Notes under the pieces: model-generated | Told to the model about the DNA's origin: nothing | The model's database searches: none | Seen by the model: only the letters and a program-made list of their open reading frames with translations | NCBI GenBank assembly: GCA_964016885.1 | Contig: OZ024748.1 | Span: forward strand, 21,204,001-21,268,000 | DNA length: 64,000 nt | Reading direction: 5' to 3' | From: Eledone cirrhosa | Taxonomy: Eukaryota | Translations under genes and position numbers: made by a program | Shown: positions 14,183 through 28,775 of the stretch, in pieces | Numbering within the stretch: position 1 is the first letter of the stretch | Layout of the letters: every line of letters begins with the position of its first letter

Positions 14183-14749
14183 GCAATAATAATAATAATA
14201 ATAATAATAATACATACATACATACATACATACATACATACATTAAACATTTTTTCATAATTAAATACATGTTCACCAACACAAATTCTTACTTCTATCT
14301 AAATATCCATAATCTCAAGTTAAAGCACTTATTTGGATATTTCTTATGCAAAGAAGCAAGGAAAGTTCCAGATTCTTTGGGGACATTTTGGACATCATAT
14401 ATTCATGTCTATCTATTGTCTGGCACCGGAGAATCTCTGCAAATTTATACAAATTCACTACTGGGAGACTTCTCACATACACCTAAAAACTCACACATAT
14501 ATATATGCCTATGTATAGATATACTTATATATATATATATATGCTTAATGTGTGTGTGTGTGTGTGAATGTGTGTATGTGTCTATGTATGTATATATGTA
14601 TGTACGTATTCATACACACACGCTACAACACAAATACACACACGCACACACACGCACATATATATATGTGTTTGTGTATGTGTATATATATATATATATA
14701 TATATTAGCTATTTTCTCTTCATGTTCTCTTCATTAATTAAACAACTAA

Positions 14750-15370
14750 AACTACCACCACCTTCACCAACACCACCAACACCACCACCACCTCCACCAC
14801 CAACACCACTACCAACACCACCACCAGCACCATTACCAACACCACCACCACCACCACTACCAACACCACCACCAACACCACCACTACCACCACCACTACC
14901 ACCACCACCACCAACACCACTACCAACACCACCACCAACACCATCACCAACACCACCACAAACACCAACACCAACACCACCACCAACACCATTACCAACA
15001 CCACCACCAACACCACTAACAATGCCACTACCAACACCACCACCACCACCACTACCAACACCAACACCACTACCTACACCACCACCAACACCACTACCAA
15101 CACCACCACCACCACCAACACCACCACCAACACCACTACCAACACCAGCACCCACACCACTACCATCACCACCAGCAGCACCACTACCAACACCACCACC
15201 ACCACCACTACCAACATCACCACCAACACCACCACCAACACCACTACCAACACCAACACCACTACCAACACCACTACCAACACCACCACCAACACCACCA
15301 CCACCACCACCAACACCACCAGCAACACCATCACCACCAACACCACCACTACCAACACCGCAACCACCCA
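14750..15370. repeat. Degenerate (CCA)n trinucleotide array
   Basis: CCA/ACA/CTA triplets. The Pro-Thr ORF is a by-product. Confidence 0.85.
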
Positions 15371-15669
15371 TGATGTCTTTTTTTGTTTTACGTTAAGCTT
15401 TGTGTCAATAGTGGAAATCAATTTTCCGAAAGTGTTTCTCACCAAATCAGTGGAGGCTGTATTTGAAATAAACGACAACTCCATGGTCATCTATGTCGTC
15501 AGATATCGACCCCCCCCCCCCACACACACACCCTCCTCAAATCATCAACATCCACAGAAATGACAACGATGACAACAACAACAACAACAACAACGACAGC
15601 GACACCCCAACAACAACGATAACCCGAACAACACAACAACAGTAACAATAACAACAACAACTCCAACTG

Positions 15670-18600
15670 CAACAACAACAACCACCACAACAGCAACAAT
15701 AACAACAACAACAACAATAACAATAACAACAACCACAACAGCAACAATAACATTCAACAACAACAATAACAATAACAACAACCACAACAGCAACAATAAC
15801 ATCAACAACAACAATAACAATGACAACAACCACAACAGCAACAATAACATCAAAAACAACAATAACAATAACAACAACCACAACAGCAACAATAACATCA
15901 ACAACAACAATAACAATAACAATAACAACAACCACAACAGCAACAATAACATCAACAACAACAATAACAATGACAACAACCACAACAGCAACAATAACGT
16001 CAACAACAACAAGAACAATAACAACAACCACAACAGCAACAATAACATCAACAACAACAATAACAATAACAATAACAACAACCACAACAGCAACAATAAC
16101 ATCAACAACAACAATAACAATAACAACAACCACAACAGCAACAATAACATCAACAACAACAATAACAATGACAACAGCCACAACAGCAACAATAACATCA
16201 ACAACAACAATAACAATGACAACAACCACAACAGCAACAATAACATGAAAAACAACAATAACAATAACAACAACCACAACAGCAACAATAACATTAACAA
16301 CAACAATAACAATGACAACAACCACAACAGCAACAATAACATCAAAAACAACAATAACAATAACAACAACCACAACAGCAACAATAACATCAACAACAAC
16401 AATAACAATGACAACAACCACAACAGCAACAATAACATCAAAAACAACAATAACAATAACAACAACCACAACAGCAACAATAACATCAACAACAACAATA
16501 ACAATAACAACAACCACAACAGCAACAATAACATCAACAACAACAATAACAATGACAACAACCACAACAGCAACAATAACATTAACAACAACAATAACAA
16601 TAACAACAACCACAACAGCAACAATAACGTCAACAACAACAATAACAATAACAACAACCACAACAGCAACAATAACATTAACAACAACAATAACAATAAC
16701 AACAACCACAACAGCAACAGCAACAATAACATCAACAACAACAATAACAATAACAACAACCACAACAGCAACAATAACATTCAACAACAACAATAACAAT
16801 GACAACAACCACAACAGCAACAATAACGTCAACAACAACAATAACAATAACAACAACCACAACAGCAACAATAACATCAACAACAACAATAACAATGACA
16901 ACAACCACAACAGCAACAATAACATCAACAACAACAATAACAATAACAACAACCACAACAGCAACAATAACATTAACAACAACAATAACAATAACAACAA
17001 CCACAACAGCAACAGCAACAATAACATCAACAACAACAATAACAATAACAACAACCACAACAGCAACAATAACATTCAACAACAACAATAACAATGACAA
17101 CAACCACAACAGCAACAATAACGTCAACAACAACAATAACAATAACAACAACCACAACAGCAACAATAACGTCAACAACAACAATAACAATGACAACAAC
17201 CACAACAGCAACAATAACATCAACAACAACAATAACAATAACAACAACCACAACAGCAACAATAACATTAACAACAACAATAACAATAACAACAACCACA
17301 ACAGCAACAGCAACAATAACATCAACAACAACAATAACAATAACAACAACCACAACAGCAACAATAACATCAACAACAACAATAACAATAACAACAACCA
17401 CAACAGCAACAATAACATTCAACAACAACAATAACAATGACAACAACCACAACAGCAACAATAACATCAAAAACAACAATAACAATAACAACAACCACAA
17501 CAGCAACAATAACATCAACAACAACAATAACAATAACAACAACCACAACAGCAACAATAACATCAACAACAACAATAACAATGACAACAACCACAACAGC
17601 AACAATAACATTAACAACAACAATAACAATAACAACAACCACAACAGCAACAATAACGTCAACAACAACAATAACAATAACAACAACCACAACAGCAACA
17701 GCAACAATAACATCAACAACAACAATAACAATAACAACAACCACAACAGCAACAATAACATCAACAACAACAATAACAATAACAACAACCACAACAGCAA
17801 CAATAACATTCAACAACAACAATAACAATGACAACAACCACAACAGCAACAATAACATTAACAACAACAATAACAATAACAACAACCACAACAGCAACAA
17901 TAACGTCAACAACAACAATAACAATAACAACAACCACAACAGCAACAATAACATTAACAACAACAATAACAATAACAACAACCACAACAGCAACAGCAAC
18001 AATAACATCAACAACAACAATAACAATAACAACAACCACAACAGCAACAATAACATCAACAACAACAATAACAATAACAACAACCACAACAGCAACAATA
18101 ACATCAACAACAACAATAACAATAACAACAACCACAACAGCAACAATAACATCAACAACAACAATAACAATGACAACAACCACAACAGCAACAATAACAT
18201 CAAAAACAACAATAACAATAACAACAACCACAACAGCAACAATAACATCAACAACAACAATAACAATGACAACAACCACAACAGCAACAATAACATTAAC
18301 AACAACAATAACAATAACAACAACCACAACAGCAACAATAACGTCAACAACAACAATAACAATAACAACAACCACAACAGCAACAATAACATTAACAACA
18401 ACAATAACAATAACAACAACCACAACAGCAACAGCAACAATAACATCAACAACAACCACAACAGCAACAATAACATCAACAACAACAATAACAATAACAA
18501 CAACCACAACAGCAACAATAACATCAACAACAACAATAACAATAACAACAACCACAACAGCAACAATAACATCAACAACAACAATAACAATAACAACAAC

Positions 18601-18900
18601 CACAACAGCAACAATAACATCAACAACAACAATAACAATAACAACAACCACAACAGCAACAATAACATCAACAACAACAATAACAATAACAACAACCACA
18701 ACAGCAACAATAACATCAACAACAACAATAACAATAACAACAACCACAACAGCAACAATAACATTCAACAACAACAATAACAATGACAACAACCACAACA
18801 GCAACAATAACATCAACAACAACAATAACAATAACAACAACCTCAACAGCAACAATAACATCAACAACAACAATAACAATAACAACAAGAACAATAACAA
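15670..18900. repeat. 48-bp minisatellite built from AAC-type triplets (~65 copies)
   Basis: Unit AACAACAACAATAACAATAACAACAACCACAACAGCAACAATAACATC, with recurring variants (+T, +AACAGC). Confidence 0.9.
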
Positions 18901-19237
18901 CGACAACCCCCAACAACAACAACATTAACAACAACAACAATATCAATAACAACGACAACCCGAATAGCAACAACAACAATAACAATAACAATAACAATGA
19001 CGACCCAACAGCAACAACGACAACAACAACAATAACAATAACAACACCAACGTAAAGATCTGGAGCGATATGGATTTCTTATTTAGGCACAATGTCGGAA
19101 AATTTGGAGGGAAGAGAAAAGTTGATTAAATTAACCCCAGTACTTGACTGGTACTTTATTTTATCGACTTCGGACAGATGAAAGGCAAAGTTGCACAAGG
19201 CGGGATTTGAACTGGAAGAGCTATTGGTAAATATATG

Positions 19238-19444
19238 GGCTCTTATATAGGCACAAGGCCAGCAATTTTGGATGGGGAGAGAAAGTCGATTAAATCGACC
19301 CCAGTGCGTGACTGGTACTATATTATATCGACCCCGTAAGGATGAAAGGCAAATTTAACTACGGCGGGATTTGAACTCAGATCATAAAGGGCCGTAACTC
19401 TAGCATGTTGTCCGACGCTCTACCGATACTGCCAATCCAACACC
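19238..19444 (-). mobile_element. tRNA-derived SINE inserted next to an older SINE (19075-19213)
   Basis: Same family as 6729-6915. TSD CTATTGGTAAATATATG at 19221-19237 and 19445-19461. Confidence 0.85.
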
Positions 19445-20414
19445 CTATTGGTAAATATATGACAGATGAAAAGGAGAGTTGCACGGGGCGGCATTTGAAC
19501 TCAGTCTCTATACAACTGGAACAACTATTGGTAAGTATATGACAGAGGAAAAGGAGAGTTTCCCAAGGCGGGTTTTGAACTCAGTCTCTATACAACTGGA
19601 ACAACTATTGGTAAGTATATGACAGAGGAAAAGGAGAGTTTCCCAAGGCGGGTTTTGAACTCAGTCTCTATACAACTGGAACAACTATTGGTAAGTATAT
19701 GACAGAGGAAAAGGAGAGTTTCCCAAGGCGGGTTTTGAACTCAGTCTCTATACAACTGGAACAACTATTGGTAAGTATATGACAGAGGAAAAGGAGAGTT
19801 TCCCAAGGCGGGTTTTGAACTCAGTCTCTATACAACTGGAACAACTATTGGTAAGTATATGACAGAGGAAAAGGAGAGTTTCCCAAGGCGGGTTTTGAAC
19901 TCAGTCTCTATACAACTGGAACAACTATTGGTAAGTATATGACAGAGGAAAAGGAGAGTTTCCCAAGGCGGGTTTTGAACTCAGTCTCTATACAACTGGA
20001 ACAACTATTGGTAAGTATATGACAGAGGAAAAGGAGAGTTTCCCAAGGCGGGTTTTGGACACAGTCTCTATACAACTGGAACAACTATTGGTAAGTATAT
20101 GACAGAGGAAAAGGAGAGTTTCCCAAGGCGGGTTTTGGACACAGTCTCTATACAACTGGAACAACTATTGGTAAGTATATGACAGAGGAAAAGGAGAGTT
20201 TCCCAAGGCGGGTTTTGGACACAGTCTCTATACAACTGGAACAACTATTGGTAAGTATATGACAGAGGAAAAGGAGAGTTTCCCAAGGCGGGTTTTGAAC
20301 TCAGTCTCTATACAACTGGAACAACTATTGGTAAGTATATGACAGAGGAAAAGGAGAGTTTCCCAAGGCGGGTTTTGGACACAGTCTCTATAGAGCTTGA
20401 ACAACCATTGGTAA
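19445..20414. repeat. 80-bp tandem repeat (~12 copies), SINE-derived
   Basis: Period 80 (19501, 19581, ...). The unit includes GACAGAGGAAAAGG...CAAGGCGGGTTTTGAACTCAG, which matches the adjacent SINE segment 19173-19213. Confidence 0.9.
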
Positions 20415-20841
20415 AGAAATGAGCGACCCTCTAACAATTTAGCCAATTCACCACCATTATTGCCTGAATGATATCAAAAGATATTTCCTATTGCGCCATT
20501 CATATATCATATCTGGAGCTGGCTTTGCTGATGTAAACGTCATAATTTGTATCGAATTCTCTTTACTTGCAGCCTTACATCACCACCATTGTGTCCATGG
20601 ACAGCACAATCGTATCGCATCCGGCCGAATATTTTCGACTATATCCGATAACATAATGAAAATGCTGATACACTGTTGCAATCTACTTACTTGTTACCGG
20701 GGATTAATGGCGGATAAAGCGACGTCGACTGCCATCTTGAATGATGGATACCCTATCAGTAGAACCTCACACATATATACAGAATACTTTTAAGGTGTGT
20801 GATTGCATGTATGTGTGTGAGTGTGTGTGTGTGTCTGTGTG

Positions 20842-20958
<117 letters not shown>

Positions 20959-21062
20959 TGCGCGCGCGTGTATGATGTACGTGGATCTAAATATACATAT
21001 CTAATTAAAGAGGCGTGAAAATTATGTATAAACATATAAATGTGTATATATCTCTCTCTCTA

Positions 21063-21135
<73 letters not shown>

Positions 21136-21344
21136 AGATTCGTATGATCAAAATTACACCTAGACTAACACTCATGGGCACACGAGTAAGCAAATCTGTA
21201 TTCAAGTCAACCAAATCAACACCTCACACAATCCCTCTCACACCTTCCTCATACTCCAGCCATCCCCTTCGTCTCTCTCTATATATATATCTCCATTTTC
21301 TTACTCTCTCTCTCCCCCCTCTCCCCCCCCCTCTCCCCCCCTCT

Positions 21345-21375
<31 letters not shown>

Positions 21376-21391
21376 ACCCTCTCTTTCACTC

Positions 21392-21431
<40 letters not shown>

Positions 21432-21869
21432 GCCCACTCTCTCTCTCTCTCTCTTTCTCGCTCTCTTACACAGAAAGACACACTACTTGAAGTAATCGGA
21501 TTAGTTCAAACCTTACTAGGAATGGGCTCTTCCGGGTATAAAAGGCCTACGACTCCAACAGGAGTTATGGATCCATACATATATACATACATACATAGAT
21601 ATATACATACATATATATATACATACATATATACATACATATATACATACATATATACATACATATATACATACATATATACATATATATACATATGCTA
21701 CTAATAGTATTTATACTTATGAACTATATATAATTATAAATATGAAAGGGTAGTATGTTGTACCACCCGATTAACAGTAAGAAAAATAGCTCAATGTAAA
21801 TTATCAGATGTATTACAGAGCAGAAATACAAAATATAAATGAATCAAATTTTTGCTTAATGCATTTTAT

Positions 21870-21916
21870 TGCTGGCGATCGTTTCTTCCAGACAACTGTC
21901 TGGAATCATCGGAGCA
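21870..21916 (-). ncRNA. Degenerate hammerhead motif (Penelope-like terminus, family H)
   Basis: TGCT-CCGATGA-TTCCAGAC-agtt-GTCTGGAA-GAA-ACGATCGC-C-AGCA-ATAAA. It has two core substitutions (U4C, U16.1C). Confidence 0.6.
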
Positions 21917-22256
21917 TACACAATGTTTAAACAAGTAATTATATTCCTAGTCCTTAGAACATTCATTAAGATAAATTATTATAAACAGTGTCAGTGACAT
22001 CATATTGAAAAGCAAGAGTGACAAAATTATATTATAGTGAACAGATAGCAAAATATTGGGAGCTGTTGTAAAGAGGTTATTACTTAAAGTGAGTATAATA
22101 AGTATATTACACAGAAAGTTAATAATAGTATGCATCCCTCCTCTTCCATCTTTTAACTCCACCCCACACCACCCTCTTCTGTTTTTTAATGGGTCAATTT
22201 TGAAAGAAAAATAAGGGAGCTGCTGCGTTGAAATACTATTTATAGAGAGGAGGAGG

Positions 22257-22300
<44 letters not shown>

Positions 22301-22603
22301 CGGAGACGGAGAGAAAAGGAGAGAAAGTTAGTTTGTGTGTGTGTAACTTTCTACTTTTCTCTCTCCCTCTCCCTCTCCCTCTCCCTCTCTCTCTCTCTCT
22401 GTATCTCTTTATCTGTGTTTGTATCTCTGTCTCTCCACCTCCCTGTATCACTTTCTATCTACCCTCTCCCTCTCGATCCCCCTCTCTCCCTCTCTCTCTT
22501 CCTCTCTCTCTCTCTCTCTCTGTATCTATTCATCTCTGTCTCCCTATCTCTCTGTATCTCTGTCAGTCTCTCTCTTCTTCTCTCTCCCTCTTCTCTCTCT
22601 CTC

Positions 22604-22676
<73 letters not shown>

Positions 22677-22687
22677 AGTCTCCACCA

Positions 22688-22726
<39 letters not shown>

Positions 22727-23572
22727 AGTCTCTACCACGCTCTCTCTCTCGGAGGACACACACACACACTCACACACATATATATATATATATATGTGTG
22801 AGTGTGTGTGTGTGTGTGTCTCCGTCTCTGTCTCTCCATCTCTCTGTATCTCTCTCTCTTTCCCTCTCACTTTCCTTCTCTCTCTCTCTGTCCCTCTCTC
22901 TCTCCTCCCTCTCTCTCTCTTTGTATGACTTTATCTGTTTGTGTCTCCGTCGCTGTCTCTCCATCTCTCTGTATCTCTGTCAGTCCCCCCCCCCCCGTCT
23001 CTCCAGAATATTTCCAGAGACTTACGACCAAACAAAGCAAGACATTTGACGATAAAGATTGTAAAGATTGTATTTAGAACGAAAGAATGTTGCTCATCAG
23101 TCAACTGTCTTCTTCTACGCGATTTCCATTAGAGAATTCTTTCAGCTTGAACCGATCCGATTCTTCTCTTCTGAACTTCTCCTCTATCTCTCTATTCCTC
23201 TATTCCTCTATTCCTCTATTCCTCTATTACTCTATTCCACTATACCTCTATTTCTCTATATCTCTATTTCTCAATTCTGTTCTCTTTTGCTATCCTCTTG
23301 TTCTCATATTCACTTGTTCTCTTCTCTTCTGTATTTTCAATTTGAATTAGGATTTAGAAGAATCTTGAACGAAATATTGGTTGAATGTTCTGAAAGAGAT
23401 GGCTGGATCTATAGTAATAATAATAATAATAATAATTATAATAATAATAACAACAACAACAACAACAACAACAACAATATAGAGCTGCAGATGTATTGAC
23501 AAGACAGTCTACAGATGTTGATAAGCAGTGTGATAGCAAGTAGACTGTGTGTTGTTATACAGACACACACAC

Positions 23573-23620
<48 letters not shown>

Positions 23621-23622
23621 GC

Positions 23623-23673
<51 letters not shown>

Positions 23674-23755
23674 TATATCGATTTTAGTCTTCAAATTTAT
23701 TATTATTACTATATATATATATATATATATATACCTATAAATAATTATATATTAT

Positions 23756-23798
<43 letters not shown>

Positions 23799-23907
23799 AG
23801 TGTGCGTGCATACGGATATATATATATATATGAATACGTGTGTGTGTGTGGTGTGTGAGAGTGTACGCTTGAATGTTTGTTTCTAGAAGACCTCTTATAG
23901 AGTGATG

Positions 23908-24018
<111 letters not shown>

Positions 24019-24428
24019 CGTGTGGGGGGGGGGGGGGGGTACAATGCTCTGCTGGAAAAGACACGCCATCTATTTAAGCCGTGTCTAATTGTATCTCTGA
24101 TGTTTCATAGCTGGCTGTAATATGTAATGACGGTTAATGCAATAGCATGCAATATGGCGCATGATTAAGTGTCATGTGACCTTCCTCTCCCCAGCCAAAC
24201 ACATTTCTCATGCCATGCTGATTTATAAAGAGAGCTTTTGATAGTATTGTCTCCCGAAACAGAGACCTTCCTCTCTCCTCTACAGAAGAGTATGTATGTA
24301 TGTATGTATGTATGTATGTATGTATGTATGTATGTATGTATGTATGTATGTATGTATGTATATATATGTATGTATGTATGTATGCATGTATGTATGTATG
24401 TATGTATGTATGTATGTATGTATGTATG

Positions 24429-24460
<32 letters not shown>

Positions 24461-24656
24461 TGTGTATGTATGTATGTATGTATGTATGTATGTATGTATG
24501 AGAGTTTTGCAGTATTTTCGGTGGTTTGCTGCAGTGTAATAAGGTGATGGTAGAGATGATGATGATGTTGATGTTGATGGTGGTTGTAGTGGTGATGATG
24601 ATGATGATGGTTGTGTTGATGATGATGTCGATGGTTCTGTTTGTCTGTACGCATGA

Positions 24657-24689
<33 letters not shown>

Positions 24690-25789
24690 TGTATGTATGT
24701 ATATATATGTATGTATGTATGTATGTATGCATGTATGTATGTATGTATGTAAGTACGTATGTATGTATGTATGCATATATGTATGTATGTATGTCGATAG
24801 GTAAGTGTGTGTATGTATGTATGTATGTATGTATGTATGTATGTATGTATGTATGTATGTATGTATGTATGTATGTATGTATGCATATGTGTACGTATGT
24901 ATGTATGTGTGTATGTATATGTATGTATGTATGTATGCATGTATGCATGTATGTATGTAAGTACGTATGTATGTATGTATGCATATATGTATGTATGTAT
25001 GTCGATAGGTAAGTGTGTGTATGTATGTATGTATGTATGTATGTATGTATGTATGTATGTATGTATGCATATGTGTACGTATGTATGTATGTGTGTATGC
25101 AAGCATGTATGTGTGGGTGTGTGTGTGTGTACACGTACGTATGAGTGAAAGTGAAAGTTGAAGAAAGGGATATGTGTGCGTGTGTGTATGTATAAGTCTG
25201 TGGTATAGTATGTGTGTATGTAGTGTAATATATAAATATGTATGGAGGTGTGATGTGTGCGTGTGTGTACATGTATATGTGAATGCGCAGTACATGTATG
25301 TATGTGGTATAATGTGTGTATGTATGTCTATCGGTATGTGTATGCGTGTGTGTATATGTGTGAATGTATGTGTGAATGTATGAGTGTGTGTGCGTGTGTA
25401 TGATGTAGTATGTTTATGTATGTGTGAATGTGTAGTATATGTGTATGAGTGGGACTGTATGTATGTGTAAATGTGTAATACGTTTATGTGTGAATATGAA
25501 TGGATATGTGTGTGTGTGAATGAGTGTCTGTGTATGTGTGTGAATGTATGTGTGTGTATGTGTGTGTTTATGTGTGCGTATGTGTGTGTGTGAGTGTCTG
25601 TGTGTGTGTGTGCGTGTGTGTGTGTGCGTGTGTGTGTATGTGTGTGTTTATGTGTGTGGGTGGGTGTCTGTGGGTGTATGTGTGTGTGGATATGTGTGTG
25701 GATGTGTGTTTATGTGTGGGTGAGAGTGTATGTGTGTGTGAGAGAGAGTGTCTGTGTGTGTGTGTGTGTGTGTGTATGTGTGTGTATGT

Positions 25790-25830
<41 letters not shown>

Positions 25831-27008
25831 TGCGTGCGTGTGTGAGGATATAAATGCGTGTATGTGTCAAAATACGTACATAAATCTTCCTATTTTTCTG
25901 CAATGTTTTTATTAATAAAATTGTTCATTGTTTAAGCTATTACAGTTATGTCTCTGTGGGATAATTGGTAAGTTCCTTAGCCTGGCAGGACATGTCAAAG
26001 TTCATATCTTAGTATTATATATTACATACACTAATATGTCCAACATAGCACGAAGCCTCACTTTCATCTGATCTTTACCAAGAGAAATAACTCGATGAAT
26101 CAAATTAGCAACGAATTAGCTGTTAAGATGTTCAACCTAAATATATATTAGAGTTTATACGAGAGTGGTTAGAACATCGAATAGAAAGATTTGACAGTTT
26201 CGTTTTTGCTCTAGCACTCTTCGTTCTCAGAATTCAAATTTGTACCCGAGATCAACATTGAGACTCTTCTTCATGAGGTCGATAAATAAAGTACCAGTCC
26301 ACTACTGCGGTCAATTATTCCTCTATATCAATTTAATATGACTGTAAAATTGCCTCCTGTGTTTTGTTTGTTTCAGTTATTAATATATACGAGTGGTTTT
26401 CTGCTAGCATGTATAGTGTGCATATTGATGTTATATGCAAATATGTATGCATATATGTTATATGCAAATATGCATGCATATGATACGTCAATAAAATGGT
26501 AATTGACAATATGCACAGAATTTGAAGAGAAACTGTGTTACACTCTCTTCCGTAATCAGTAAAGTAATCCATGATATATATAAACTGCATTACGGTGAAA
26601 TGTAATGAAAACGAAAAAGGAGGAAAATAGTGACGGAAATATAAACGTTATGATATAACGATGCAAATATATGAACGCTTATATAAGCGATGTGATATAG
26701 CGTACGGACGCTAACCGGAAGTGTAGACATTTGAAAATTTAAGAAGAAGTGAATCTTAAAATAAGCAATCATTATATATAAGAATATTTATGTTTAAACA
26801 ACAGCTACGAAATTTAGTACATAAATTATGTAGTACATAAATTATAAAGTAATCCAACTTATTTTACTAACGGGATAAAAAGACATATTCAGGACACAGT
26901 CTCGCACTCCTCCCTTCCCGGTTCCTTCCCCTGTTCTAGGCCCTTTCGCTATATGTCTCTCCACCACTCCCCTACACACCTTTTGAACTCTGTTCCCACA
27001 CACTTCTC

Positions 27009-27040
27009 ACCTGAGGAAGGGCTTATGCCCGAAACGTCGT
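27009..27040 (+). ncRNA. Minimal hammerhead motif typical of Penelope-like pLTRs (family I)
   Basis: AC-CTGAGGA-a-GGGC-ttat-GCCC-GAA-ACGT-C-GT, with AATAAA ~40 nt downstream, then (TA)n. A diverged copy lies at 45319-45346. Confidence 0.68.
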
Positions 27041-27127
27041 CCCCCACCTACCCCCCACTCTCCTGAGCGTGAATTTAATAAACATTTATTGTACTGCCTC
27101 TCTGTTCTGTCCCTGTTCAACTTTTTC

Positions 27128-27235
<108 letters not shown>

Positions 27236-27402
27236 AATATAGTTTCAGCGAGATCTTATTTCGGTGGGGGCCAAAAACAAAACGAAACGCAATCTTCAAT
27301 GGACTAAAGGAAGGCCAGAGCAATTAACATACGTTATAAAGGCCAGAAAAATGAAAACAGTGGTCGTGAAGCCATCAGCCACCGGAACTATAGACAACGA
27401 AG

Positions 27403-27461
<59 letters not shown>

Positions 27462-27648
27462 TCTATGTGATTGCTTGACATGACAGAAATTACAGCTAAA
27501 TGTCCCTCAAATCACATCCTGCAGTCATAAAAAATGAACAGCTTTCGATAATTGAGTCATAGTTAAACAATATCAGAGCAAAGAAACAGTCGACGACATG
27601 GCTCATGTATTCTAACACAATATCAGAAGACTTCTCGATCAGCTCAAC

Positions 27649-27729
<81 letters not shown>

Positions 27730-27813
27730 AAGAAAAAAAAATGAAATCGAAAATGCAACTGGAGTCTTATTTTTTAAAAAATATATATATTTATTTGGTT
27801 CCTGTACCGGTTC

Positions 27814-27849
27814 CTTTACCGGTTTCGCAGTTCTTCTGCTTTTCAAAAG
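27814..27849 (-). ncRNA. Minimal hammerhead, U3-A8 core variant (family J, insert 27726-27882)
   Basis: CTT-TTGAAAA-GCAG-aagaa-CTGC-GAA-ACCGGT-A-AAG, followed by AATAAA. Confidence 0.65.
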
Positions 27850-27913
27850 TAGAGTTGAGATGGAGGGTCTATGGTTTTTCTAATATATATATGTATATAT
27901 ATATATATATATA

Positions 27914-28240
27914 CAAAATTAGATAAATCAAATGAATTTAATCCAAATCAAAATTATGGGTGTCATGCCAGAAAGACATGCGCCATATCACCCGCAAAAT
28001 AAGCTCTAAGATTCTAATGAGTAGGTCCGAGCATTTTATAATAACTAGAAATTGATTAACATATAAATAAACATGAATAATCACAGGAGATAATTTGTAC
28101 AAGTGTGTAACCACACATAGCTAGGTAGGTAACTAAATAAAGTTGACCAGAACTTCAAAAATAGATACCTTATAATATGTAAAAATTATCTCCTGTGATT
28201 ATTCATGTTTATTTATATGTTAATCAATTTCTAGTTATTA
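27914..28240 (-). mobile_element. (TA)n-embedded element with short inverted arms, no HHR seen
   Basis: Arms at ~28038-28096 and ~28184-28240. The tail resembles the reverse complement of 41880-41945. Confidence 0.5.
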
Positions 28241-28241
28241 T

Positions 28242-28273
<32 letters not shown>

Positions 28274-28275
<2 letters not shown>

Positions 28276-28720
28276 AAAGTTATATTTAAATTGTTGTGTT
28301 ACAACTAGTAAATATTTATAACTGATATAAAAGCACTCGACAAATATTTGGAGTATATTTACAATATTAAATAAATGGAAACTATATTTATAAAACCATA
28401 TTTATTTCATTATATATATTTCAGGGATAACATATTAACAATATGCTATGCCTTCCTCAGACAAAATACAATATAAACAGTTTTATAGATAAATAGATTC
28501 GACATACCGTAACAACATCTACTTGGGAAGGTTGATTTATCACAACCAAATCAACCTTCCCAAGTAGATGTTGTTACGGTATGTCGAATCTATTTATCTA
28601 TAAAACTGTTTATATTGTATTTTGTCTGAGGAAGGCATAGCATATTGTTAATATGTTATCCCTGAAATATATATAATGAAATAAATATGGTTTTATAAAT
28701 ATAGTTTCCATTTATTTAAT

Positions 28721-28724
<4 letters not shown>
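28274..28724 (-). mobile_element. Family B palindromic HHR element
   Basis: ~175-bp arms. HHR 28619-28682 reads ATTTTGT-CTGAGGA-AGGc-ATAGCATATT-gtt-AATATGTTAT-cCCT-GAA-ATATATAT-A-ATGAAAT, with a mirror copy in the other arm. Confidence 0.8.

Positions 28725-28775
<51 letters not shown>

Noticed and set aside
14269-19055. Pro-rich, poly-Asn/Thr and poly-Leu/Val long ORFs (extensin- or mucin-like)
   Set aside because: These are translations of trinucleotide arrays open in several frames on both strands. There is no splice or codon evidence.
19445-20414. CRISPR-like regular array
   Set aside because: The units are contiguous near-identical repeats with no unique spacers. The context is eukaryotic and there are no cas genes.
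20460-20770. Possible host exon in a unique island
   Set aside because: It has isolated splice-like motifs but no consistent open frame or recognisable peptide.
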